Shown here one piece after another: positions 14,345-25,300 of a DNA stretch of 59,608 bases. Made by a program: the position numbers and the translations under genes. Position 1 is the stretch's first letter; every line of letters begins with the position of its first letter. Below the pieces are notes generated by a model, which made no database searches, had not been told where the DNA came from, and saw only the letters and a list, made by a program, of their open reading frames with translations. Source of the stretch: Sminthopsis crassicaudata (Eukaryota); the NCBI RefSeq assembly GCF_048593235.1, contig NC_133622.1, positions 236,003,198 through 236,062,805 of the forward strand, written 5' to 3'.

Positions 14345-15391
14345 CAGGAAAAAGATCTCCAGTGGTTGAAACCCCTTGCTGGTCGGCTCGAGGCAGAAAG
14401 CAATCCCAGGCTTCTGTTGATTCTGCAGCATTCCAGAGAAAGTTGCAGCTGGAAGGGTGTGGGGATCACACAGGGTAACCCCCTCATCTTACAGATGAGA
14501 TTTGCCCTGGATTCCATCTCTGGTCAACAGCAGAAACAGGACCGAGGTTTTTGGCTTGGGGCTGTTTGTGTGTTCGGTCACCGTGGCACTCTGTCCCTAC
14601 CAAACTTCCCAACAAAGCAGGCATATTTTGTCATTGCCTGACAGAGCTCGGGTCACGATGTCCCCTGGACTCATGGCCCGTGAGCACGAGAGCCTCATCT
14701 GCCCTTATCAGCAGCTTCTGAATGAATTGCTTTTATGATACTCTCATTCTATTCCTGGTACCCAAAGGCGGCCCCGAAACACCAAGAACAGGGCCGTCAC
14801 ACCCGGGCCAGCAGTGTCAGCTTCATACCCCGTTCATGGGTGTCCGAGAGCCCCGGGCTCCCTTTGTCCAGGAGATGGCCTGTGTGGAAACCCGCCAGGC
14901 AGCGGGGTCAAGGGGGAGAGCTCCTGGGATGTCCGGATCCTGATTCTCATCGGCATTCTGTGTTTCCCTGGGCCAATTCCTCCTCCCAGGAATGCCCTAT
15001 CAGAGGAATCTTCACAGAGGGGCGGCTAAATATCCCTTATCTGCGGGAGGATGCCTTCCATAGCACGGGAACCCTTCAGCCTTCTTTCCAGGACCTCCAG
15101 TGAGGGGACTATTTCCTGAGGCCGCTGATCACCCTTGTGGAGAGCTCTGATTGTTAGGTTTTTGCTTATTTAACTTGTGACCCAGAAAGCTCTGGGCTTC
15201 CAGGGGCCAGATTTGGTTTGATCTTGCTCATATTTTCCCCACATCATATTTCCTTGGAGACATCTAACTCCTAGAGGGAGTGTATATGGCAGTGGGGATA
15301 GAAAGTCTGATGAAAGAATCGACTCTGGCTTCTGACTCTAGCTGTGTGAGTTTGAGCTAGTCATTTATACTGTTTGAACCTTGTATACACA

Positions 15392-15394
<3 letters not shown>

Positions 15395-15446
<52 letters not shown>
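15395..15446. repeat. (AC)26 microsatellite
   Basis: Directly visible. Confidence 0.97.
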
Positions 15447-15454
<8 letters not shown>

Positions 15455-16216
15455 TACAATATATAGACATATATACAATAATACAAATAGACTAGATGTC
15501 TTTGGCGGCCATGGGGTCCCTAAATCCTAAACAAGTATCCAAGGTATATATATATAAATCTTGTGTAAATACACAGATAAACACGGATACACGTACATAC
15601 ATGTGTGTATACACACATTTCAGTATAAGAGGAACAAGGGCAAGGAACTCCAGCTGGGAACTACGAAAGCAATGGATCTGGACATCTCTGTTAATTCTGC
15701 TAGCCTGATGAATTATTACCTCTGGACAAAGGCACTTCAGGGTTATTTGACGCCCATGAACCAGGAATGAAGCTGACACTGCTGTGTTGCAAGGCTAATG
15801 ACTGAGGTGTGACTCTGCCTCATTATTAGTGTTTCGGTGCTGCCTTTGGCTACCAAATAAAATGTGTCTTTGTCTCTATGTATGTGTGTATGTATATAAT
15901 CATATATGGCCTTGCAGAACTTACTTAACCCATCAAAAATGCAGGAAACACTCCAACCCAGATAGCCCATTAGCAACAACTGTAACTCCCTCCCTCTCTG
16001 CCCTTCACACTTCTGGCTCCCCTGTTATTGGGACTTTCTCACTGAATTTGAGATTGCCAGGGGAACAGACCCCTGACATTTGGGGACTCCCTTTTTCCAG
16101 AAATATAGTCAATCCCCAGACTGATAGTGCCACCCTGTGGCCTAGATTCCTTTGGAAGAGGAACAAACTTGGGGTTGCTGAACTAGGAACCCACCATTCC
16201 CTCTTTCACTCTAGAG

Positions 16217-16400
16217 CAGGAGTTCTTAATCCGGGATCTGTGAAATTTAAAGAAATATAGTTTGATAACTAAGTTTCATTGTAATTAATTTACTTTATAA
16301 TCATAAAGATTTCATTTTATGCATTTAAAAAATGTGTTGAGAAGGGGTCATAGGCTGCACCGGACTGACTGCCAGAATGGTCTATGACCCTCAAAGGGAG
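16217..16400. mobile_element. hAT/Charlie-type (MER5-like) MITE
   Basis: Starts caggagttcttaa next to a ctctagag target site and has an AT-rich interior. Same family as 40948-41165. Confidence 0.55.
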
Positions 16401-16429
16401 GCTAGGGTGAGAATGATCTCTTCCTGATG

Positions 16430-17620
16430 AAATTATATTGGTTCTTTCTTTTTTCTTCCTTTGCTAGAAACCCACTGATTCATCCTTTTAGTAATATCTT
16501 CCGGAATTTTGCCAAGAATTGAAGTTGAATTTTCAGGCTCCATCCTCTTGTTTTTTTGAAAATTGGGCCGTTTGTCTATTTCTGGTCTGATGATATCTCA
16601 TATGTTCTTCAAGATCTTTCAAAGATCTCCCCTTTGCAGTCCATTCAGCCTCCAAGAAATGTACTTAACCTGGTCTGGGAAACTTGAGCTAAGTCTCTGA
16701 AGGCAAGGAGGTATCTACAGCTTACCCCTGCTTATCTAGGGGATCGACTCCCATTAGCTATTTTTACTCTGTCCTTTCCAGGCCAAAGATCATTCCCCTT
16801 GGCAGAAAAAAAAACAAGGAACAGGTGCAGTGGAGCCTTTTTTTTTTTTTTGGTCTTTAGTTAGTGAACAGTGTGTTACTTCTTTGATCCTCCTTTTTCT
16901 TTTAAGATGGTCCATTTAAAAACCCTTTTATTGTGTGTAATTCTTGCATCGGCCGCCTTAGCTCATTCTGAATTTTAGCCCTTCTTATCCGACTGTGCTA
17001 TCCTTTGGAATTTATCACAGCATTTGTTCTTGCTAGAATCTTTTGTACATGTCTTTAGGAAAAAATCTAGGTTGATCTGTGAGTTTCCTGTGCAACCATA
17101 TTACTTTTTGGATACTCCCTTTTCTCTCCTCCTCAGAATTGTTTCTTTTTGTCTCTTCCAGAGCATTCCACCTCCTCCCCACCCCCCAGACTGACTTCCT
17201 TGGAAGAGTGATAGGATGTGAATCCTACTAGCCTCCTTCTGAACGCTTAGATATGTGTTCTCCCCCAGATCTAGTACATAGGCCCTACTGTACCAGGCCT
17301 TTTTCATGGATCACAACTTTCAAGATGAAGTGGTTGACCTCCCGCTCAAGGTTCTGTAATCCCACCTTAACAAAAGTTTCTCCTTTTGGGGAAAATCAGA
17401 TCTAGAAGTTCTGCTCTTTGATTCTTCTACCTTTTGAAGGATGACAGTATTATTAAGGAAAGTTAATCAATTAAGAGCTCCTCTGTCTTGATCAGAGAGA
17501 GTGCTCTATCAGCTGTCTAGATAATTGAAGTCCCCCATCACTATTCCATCATGTGACCATGATCACTTTCCCAGAGTCTTCACCTAGTTTCTTGTTCAAT
17601 TTAGGCAATCTGGAATACAC
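16430..17620 (-). mobile_element. CR1/L3 remnant (endonuclease region)
   Basis: The - strand encodes IVMGDFNY (17544-17521) and an SDH motif, both typical of the CR1 AP-endonuclease. Confidence 0.65.
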
Positions 17621-17820
17621 CCTAGACATTATTGATTATTGATTGATTGATTATAATTTGACATTATTCTCACGTTGATTTTGATTCAAATATGGACCAC
17701 AATGAGATTTTCTCATGAATATACATTCTTGATAAACAATGTTATTCCAACACTCTCCCAGCTTCCCATTATCTAGCATCTCTCTTTTGAATAAGAAATT
17801 TTTTCCCAAGAAGATCTAAT

Positions 17821-18189
17821 CCAGTTCCAATTGATCAATGATGGACAGAATCAACTACACCCAGAGAAGGAACACTGGGAAATGAGTGTAAACTGTGAGC
17901 ATTTTTTTGTTTTTCTTCTCAGGTTATTTTTACCTTCCGAATCCAATTCTTCCTTTGCAACAAAACAAACAAACAAACAAAAAAAAAAATACAGTTCTGC
18001 ACTTATATATTGTATCTAGGATATACTGTAACATATTTAATATGTATGGAAAGCCTGCCATCTAGGGGAGGGGGAGGAGGGAAGGAGGGGAAAATTTGGA
18101 ACAGAAGGGAGTACAAGGGATAATGTTGTAAAAAATTACCCATGCATATGTACTGTCAAAAATGTTATAATTATAAAATTAATAAAAAA
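17821..18189 (+). mobile_element. Young L1 3' UTR
   Basis: G-rich tract plus ttgtaaaaaattacccatgcatatgtactgtcaaaaatgttataattataaaattaataaaaaa, typical of dasyurid L1 tails. Followed by (TA)n. Confidence 0.8.
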
Positions 18190-18300
18190 TTTAAATATAT
18201 ATATATATATATATAATTTTTTAAAAAGAAAATTTTTTCCACAAATATGGTTGTTTAGGAGGTTCGTTCCCCCCCCAAGTCTCAGTGAAATAAATGAGAT

Positions 18301-18505
18301 GATTTTTCTTGTGCAGCAAGATTATTGTACAAATATATTGGATTTAGCCTATCTTTTAACATGTTTAACATATTTTGGATTACTTGCCTTCTTGGGGAGG
18401 GAGAGGGGAAAGGAGGGGAAAATTTGGAACACAAGTTTTTATAAGAGTCAATGTTGAAAAATTATCCATGTATATGTTTTGAAAATAAAAAGCTTTAATA
18501 AAAAA
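18301..18505 (+). mobile_element. L1 3' UTR fragment
   Basis: Clearly similar to 12440-12640 (ttcttgtgcagcaag...ggattacttgcc...aaaatttggaacacaag...tccatg). Confidence 0.75.
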
Positions 18506-18744
18506 GGGAAATGAGATCAGATTTGCTATCCCTTAGCATTAGTGTCTGTAATTAGTATCAGTGTTTTGTACGTTTGTATGTCATCATCTCAGGCTATGGG
18601 TTTTACCAATTTCTGGGATTTCTGGGATTTCTCTCCTATGAATTTCTAGGGACTTCTGCTATTTTTCCCCTTACATAATAGCTGTTATCTAGATTGGTGG
18701 ATCTGTATAGTTTTTTGAGGGTTTTTTCCCCTTCACTTTATTTT

Positions 18745-19185
18745 TTAACTTAAATATTTTTAATGTTATTTTCAAAATCTATGTAAAGATAGTTTTCAAC
18801 ATTCCCCCTTACAAACCTTTGTGCTTTGAATTTTTTCTCTTTCTTCCCACCCCCTCCTCAGAAAGCAAATAATCCAATTTGTTAAAGATGTGCAATTCTC
18901 CTATACATATTTCCACACATATCATGCTGCACAAGAAAAATCAGATCAAAAAGGAAAAAAAAATGAGAAAGAAAAAGCAAGCAAACAAAAGCAAAGGGTG
19001 ACAATGCTATGTTGAGATCCACAATCAGTCCCCAGTCCTCTCTCTGGGGGCAGATGGCTCCCTCCATCACAAGTCTATTGGAACTGGTCTAAATCACCTC
19101 CTTATTGGAAAGAGCCACGTCCATCAGAATCCATCATCATATAATCTTATTGTTGCCGTGTTCAACGCTCTCCCGGTTCTGCTGG
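18745..19185 (-). mobile_element. L1 3' UTR fragment (reverse)
   Basis: Reverse complement of sequence similar to 12230-12470. Confidence 0.7.
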
Positions 19186-19374
19186 ACAAGACTTTGTAGT
19201 GGGCAACAAGTCCACTTGAATCAGCAGGCAGGAATCCTTCCTCGGTCACTGCTTTCATTCCCTGAGCATTCTGAAATGGCCACATCTACATAGCAGAGTT
19301 ATAGTTGTGCCTCACTCACTGGCTTTTTCTTCATCTGCTGGCAATCAGGGTTAAATGGCGCTCCTAACATCACA

Positions 19375-19600
19375 CAGCTGTTAAGTGTCTTGAATTGAAC
19401 AGCTCCAATTCAGCATGTCCAAAACAAAATTTAACTTTCTCCTCAAATCCTCCTCTCTTTCTAAACTACCCAGAATTGTTGAGAATATCATTATTTTCCC
19501 AGTCACCAAGGCTTTAAAAATGTGTCATCCTTGCTTGCTTTTTGGTCTTCCAATCACAAGTCTCTTCCTAATTTAATCTCTCCACTGTTCAACTGTTAAA
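19375..19600 (+). mobile_element. L2 fragment
   Basis: cagcatgtccaaaac...cctcaaa...ccagtcaccaaggc pattern. Confidence 0.5.
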
Positions 19601-19617
19601 AGTAATTTTTCTTGTTC

Positions 19618-20190
19618 TTTTTTTTTAAATTTGATGAAAATTTATTTTTAGCAAAGAAAATGCTATTTAAATTCATTAAAGGCCGTAAAAGCTAAAAAAA
19701 AAAAAACAACAACAATTTTTCATTCATATAAGAATGAAGCGATACCAATATGTTTTGGTTAAATCCTTCCCCTTCCCATCTCTCAAAATTTAGGAACAAA
19801 AAAGATGGTGTATACCCAAAATCTTGGGGACAATGTTCTTTAAAGAGTTAAATATTTTCAAATTATAAGTGCTTTATCATATGAAGTTGTTTATATAGAG
19901 AGACCCATATATGTATTCAATAACACATTGCTTATACACATTTACTCATTAAACCCGCATGAGGGCGTATAACTATATACATACATGTATACATTAACTC
20001 ATGTATGATACATGAAAAAATGATACATTAATACCATAAAACAATTTAATAAATGAAAATTTCAGGTAACCAGATTATTTCTATGCACAATAAAAAGATT
20101 GGTTTTTTTTTAATTTACACATTAAATTGGTTAAAGTGGGTTTTATTTTTTCATTTGTTTTTAAATTTTTGTTGATACTTTTTATTTTCA
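19618..20190 (-). pseudogene. Possible retrocopied mRNA 3' UTR fragment
   Basis: On the - strand, AATAAA (19646-19641) sits 14 nt before an A9 tail. The sequence is AU-rich and not recognisably a TE. Parent gene unknown. Confidence 0.35.
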
Positions 20191-20597
20191 GAAAATGTTA
20201 TTTTTCTAAAGTCTAGATCGGACCGTTTCAAATGCCCTTCTCCAACCCACCGGCCACTAACAAAGAGCTGCAAAAACTTCCCCTTATCCTTGGGATCAAG
20301 TACATGAAATGGCTTAATTTCAGCACATAGCTTAATTCTTTGAATACAAAATGAATATTGGTGAAATCAAATTTTTTCCCCACTGCACTGCAGCTCTTTA
20401 AAGTTCCGTATTTCTATCCCTCACGCGCTGGGCACAGAGAAGGTGCCCTATGTTGAGGGGGGCTACCCGAGGACCCCAAAGGGGTACATGCTAGGGCGCA
20501 TGGCAATGTCTGTCTCTCCCACCGAGTGGCATTTTTCGGTGCTCCCTAGCAGTCCCCGGGGAGCCTTCTGCATAGAAGTCTGCTTGACATCGCCCTG

Positions 20598-20618
20598 CCC
20601 CCCCCCCCCCCCCCCCCC
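20598..20618. repeat. Poly-C (21)
   Basis: Directly visible. Confidence 0.95.
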
Positions 20619-21299
20619 GGCCACCCAGAAAAGTCTCCGGAACGTCGAGTGGAGCCCGTGGGGGGAGTTAGGGAGGCCCAAGAACGGAGCAGGCTGAGGA
20701 GGCATTCCCCATCCAAGTGCTCTCCCGGCAAAGGCGGACCTTCAGCTGGAGAACGCTGCAGGAGCTTTACTGCGAGTCGATTATCTTGTTTGGAAGTTAT
20801 TTCCACGGTGTCTCCCTGGTGTAGCTGGAGAGCGAGGGGCTGAGGGAGGCGGTGGGGGAGGGGGTGTCTCTCTTTGCCACACAGCCTGACCAGCCGGGTC
20901 GCGCCAGCTTTACATTCACAGTCCTACGAGTCCCCGAGGCCTCCCGAGCATTTATTAAGCACCTTCTGTGTGCTTAGGGCTGCCCGTAAAAAGACAAACG
21001 GGGAACTAGCCTTCGAGGAGCACAGATGTGGAGCTGGACGGGATCCAAGCGGGCATCTGGGGCCCAGGGTCTCACAGGGACAGACTTCGGGTTTCTTCTT
21101 CAAGAAGACTAATTTTTTTGTTGTTGTTGGGGGGGGGGCACGCGGAACCCAGCAGAGGTCTCGGATGCAAGGAGCCTCGGCAGGCTTATGGGGGTCCCAG
21201 GCTCTCCCCAGCGCCTCCCTCTCTGCCTGCCCGGACCCCCAGCTGTCAGGACGGAGCCCAAAGCTACTGGCCAGAAGCGCCCACACTCAAGACCCCGAG

Positions 21300-22370
21300 G
21301 CTATAGCCGAAGTAGCAGCGCGGGAGATCCAGTCTGTGCAGAGACCGAGGGTCGTGGCCGCTATTACTATGGTAACAGAGAGGCGCCTCTCCCTTGAACC
21401 CGCCCTCAGCAGCAACGGCTGGACGAATTGACCAATCCCCAAACAGAAGAAGGATTTTTAACCAATTAGAAGCCTCGGAGCAGGAGCCGGTGTTCTGATT
21501 GGCTTCTGATGTTGTTGTCTTCCTGAGGCCTGGCAAAGGGCGCGGTTGAAGCGGCTTCAGAATCGCCAACGAAACGCGTCGACGACATCTTGATTCCTGG
21601 CCTAGATGGGTGGCTGAGCGCGCAGTGCGCAGGCGCCATCCGCGGTTGTTTTTATCCCAATCCCACCGCTAGGCGTTCGCCTTTTCCGGCTCGCCGGCTT
21701 CCCCCCCCCTCCCCGGAAAGGGCTGGACCTCCGGAGGAAGGGGGCGGAACCAAGGGCGGAAGCTAGTTCGAGCGCGGCGCGTGTGAATCGGCTTGCTGTC
21801 GAGTGGCCGGGTCTCAGGGCTGTCCTCGGAGCCCGCTCCGGCCCGGCCCGTACCCGCTGCTCAGGGCCCCCTCGCCCTCCGAGCTTTGGCAGGATGGCCC
21901 CCAAGCGTCCGGCGGGCCTCGGCAAGAGGAGCGCCCCGGCCCCGGAGCCTCCCACGGCCAAGAGGCGGTGTGTGCGGACCCCCGGCCGCAGAGGCCGGCC
22001 GCCAGCCCGGGGTATCGCAGACCTCCCTCCCTCCCCAGCCCCGGGGCCGACCCCAACGCGTGTTGGGGGATGGGATCTGGAAGGGCGGGAGGCCGGGAGG
22101 CCCTGGGCGCGGCCTCCGGGCGGCCCCTCCCTGCCCTCAGGGTGCTTCGCGTCCCTCGGGCGGGGGAGGCTGCACCACGTGGGCCTCGGAGTAGACGGCC
22201 GACCACCCGGGAGAGAAGCCGCGGCTTTGGGGCGGACTTTCTGCCCCGGGGGGCGCCGTGAAGCACCCCAGAGTCCCGGCCGTCGTCCCGCCAGTCTGGA
22301 GCTGAGCTCCCGGCGAGGGCGGTCTTCAGTCTGGGGGTCCCGGGAAGGCCACACTGCCCGTCACGCTTAG
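21300..22370 (+). promoter_or_regulatory. DDB2: DDB2 CpG-island promoter
   Basis: CCAAT at 21432 and 21462, ATTGG at 21498, an NRF1-like TGCGCAGGCGC at 21626, and GC/ETS boxes. It spans exon 1. Confidence 0.85.
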
Positions 22371-25300
22371 ATAAATGTAATTCACACCAGCAAGACCTAG
22401 GGAAGGAACTTTTTTTTTTTTTTTTTTTTTTTTTTACGAATTTAAAAGGATCCTGCGTCCAAAAATGCAGAAAACTGTGAGAGAATTCTCAGGAACGAGG
22501 GAGAGCCTTGCAGAGCCACAAGGAGACAGGACCACTTGTGAACTCCCATTGGGCTAGAACAGGGCTTCTTAAACTTCCATTCACGACCCCTCTCTGCCTG
22601 GGAAATTTTCCCATCATCCTGAGTCTATGTAAAATAGGCGAACAAATCCAACCTTTACCGGTTACAAATCACCACCGGGGGACTTCTACGGTCAGTTATG
22701 AGACTCCCCCCTCCCCCAACACGGGATCGAGAGCCAGAGTTTAAGAAGCCCTGGGCTAGAGTCTAGGGGGAAAGGGGAGCAGTGCCCGGAGTTCCGAAAG
22801 ATCAGTCGGAGTAGTTTCTCTGGCTGCACGTGTATCCCCTGTCAGATGGTTGATTTAGGAAGGGAGGGAGAGAGACTCAGGCCTCAATTTTTAAAACTCA
22901 TGTTTAAAAATTGTTTGTACATGTGATTGAAAAACACATTCAATAGAAAAAAAGAAACAGGCTAGAGCCAGGATGTGAAGTGGGAAAATGTCTCAGAGCC
23001 AGTAGGGGAAGATTGTTGAGGAAGAGTGCCGTGGTCAGAGTTGGGCATCCCAAGGTGGTTTTAGTTTAAATGGACAGAGCAGGATGGGTGAGAGAAAGGG
23101 ACTGGGGTCAGAGAAAGGGAGACTTGTAACAGGTTTTTTTTTTTTTTTTTTTGAGGCTAGGGTTAAGTGACTTGCCCAGGGTCACACAGCTAGGAAGTGT
23201 TAAGTGTCTGAGACCAGATTTGAACTGGGGTCCTCCTGAATTCAGGGCTGGTGCTCTATCCACTGCGCCCCCTAGCTGCCCCTTTGTAACAGTTTTGTGA
23301 GGAGGGAAACCAGAGATGATCTTGGTGTACAGTGGGCTAAACTGCACCTGCTGAGGGACAGAATCCCAGGTGACTGAGGGTGAGGGTGGAAGCAAAGCTG
23401 GGACCTCCAAAGAAATGAGGAAGTTTGGAGGAAGTCAGGGGGTTAACAAGCATGGAGTTTATCTTGAGATGAGGAAGGAAAAGACATCATGTGTAGAGGG
23501 GGAGAAAATATAAGATGTAAAAGGGAGGAATTTTTTTTTTTTCTCCCTTCAGGCTGGGGGACTTGCCCAGGGTCACACAGCTAGGAAGTGTTGAGTGTCT
23601 AAGACCAGATTTGAACTTGGGTCCTCCTGAATTCAGGGCTGGTGCTCTGTCCACTGCGCCACCCAGCTGCCCCAAAAGAAAAGGAATTTACTTATTTCCC
23701 GCAAGGGCTGCTTTTTTACTCTTCCATACACCCCTCCCCTTATCTTTCCCTTGACCCTGCTGTCCTCTCAAGTCAACAGCTCTTATCTTTATTTTTCTCT
23801 GTAAAGTAGGAGGTCAAGGTCCCCTGGAGGTGGAGGGAGACGGTTTGTAACATTTGGTATAGATAGGGATGCCATGGGAAGAATGGACTAATCTGGAGCT
23901 GGCCCCAGATGTGATCAGATAGCAAGTCTGTAGTTGTGTGATTTCCAGAGGTGTTTGTTCAGCCATGAGTAGGAGTAGAGAATGCAAATGGTGGCAGCAG
24001 CAAGAGGACAAGAGGGAGAAGGGCTGAGGGGCTGGAGGGGGCTGGAGCTGGATAGAGTGACAGCATAAAGGTGGAGAGGTGTAGTGGAGATGCAGAGATG
24101 AAAGGCACCCTGCCAACCAGGAGGAACTGGGCCATTGTGGGTCGTGGCCGGGACCTGCTGTGTGTGGTTGAGCCCTGATAAGTATGAGGGCAAGGGGGGG
24201 AGGGGAGAAGAGGACATCCGTGTGCTTATTCCTAGATTCGAGATCTAACCAGAGCCTGGGTGGAGGAGAGGTGTTGCTGAGTGGGGGTTTGGGGGAGCAC
24301 TGAGCCAGAAAGGGGCCTCCAGGAGAGGAGGGAGTTGGGAGAACTGAAGGAGGCCTTGTGGGGGAGTTGGGATGTCACAGGTTTGGCAAAATGGAAGCAA
24401 GTGACAGGGCTGGGAGGGCAAGGCGGAGCAGGCCGAGGACCCCATGGGGCAGGGCTGAGGTCAGTGAGGACCGGAAGGAAGGGAGTGGGAAACAGCTGGA
24501 ATGACACAGGGAGGGGGCCTGAGAGAAGTGGGAGACAACTTAGAACTTCAGAGCTGGAAAGCAGCTTTCAGGTCACCCAGGGCTTGAGCATCAGCTGCAG
24601 TTCTAACCCTGAGCCTCGAATGTCCAGTCTGGAGCTCTTGCCGTGGTCCTAGGGAAAGCTGCTACCGGAAACCAGCTTGGGAACATGTATTTTTTGTAGT
24701 GTGTGTGTGTGGGGGGGGGGGAGGCTGCGCTTCCTAGCAGTTCTTTTCAACCTCCCCCTCCTCCAGGCCTGGTCTTGGCTGAACCAAGAGGCGCGTTACA
24801 TTCCCTTTCAAAAAGCTCCTGAGCATTTCCCAACACCATGTTGGGCCAGGGTTTTTATCCTTTTGAATACTGGTGGAAGCAGATGGGTTGTTGGCCACAG
24901 CTTAGCGTTCTTCATTAAGAGCCCTTTGATTTCATGGAATTTTGATACAATTCCTTAGGACCTCTAGGAAGGATGATGGCTGAAAGGTTTTCCTGTTCTG
25001 TCTGAATATCAGAATTATTCCCTATTAGTTTCAGATGGCTCGCTGGGATTTAGAACTGGCCGTTCCTTGCCATTTACTTCCAGATCACTATTCAACCCGA
25101 CAAGAATTAAGCATTTATTATATGTCAAGACACTTTCTGTTTCTTATGGAGCTATGACTGGTGGCCTTGGAGCTTATGGAAGTGTTTAGAACCATTCCAG
25201 TGGCAGATGACAGTGGACTTGGCCCCCTGGAGTAACTCCCAAGACGCTGATAGCTGCCGAAATTTAGATGGTGATTTGTGGCCATGATGACCTTTGGGTC

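Noticed and set aside
23134-23282. tRNA genes suggested by A/B boxes here and in other SINE copies
   Set aside because: These are tRNA-derived SINE heads with tails and TSDs, with no cloverleaf.
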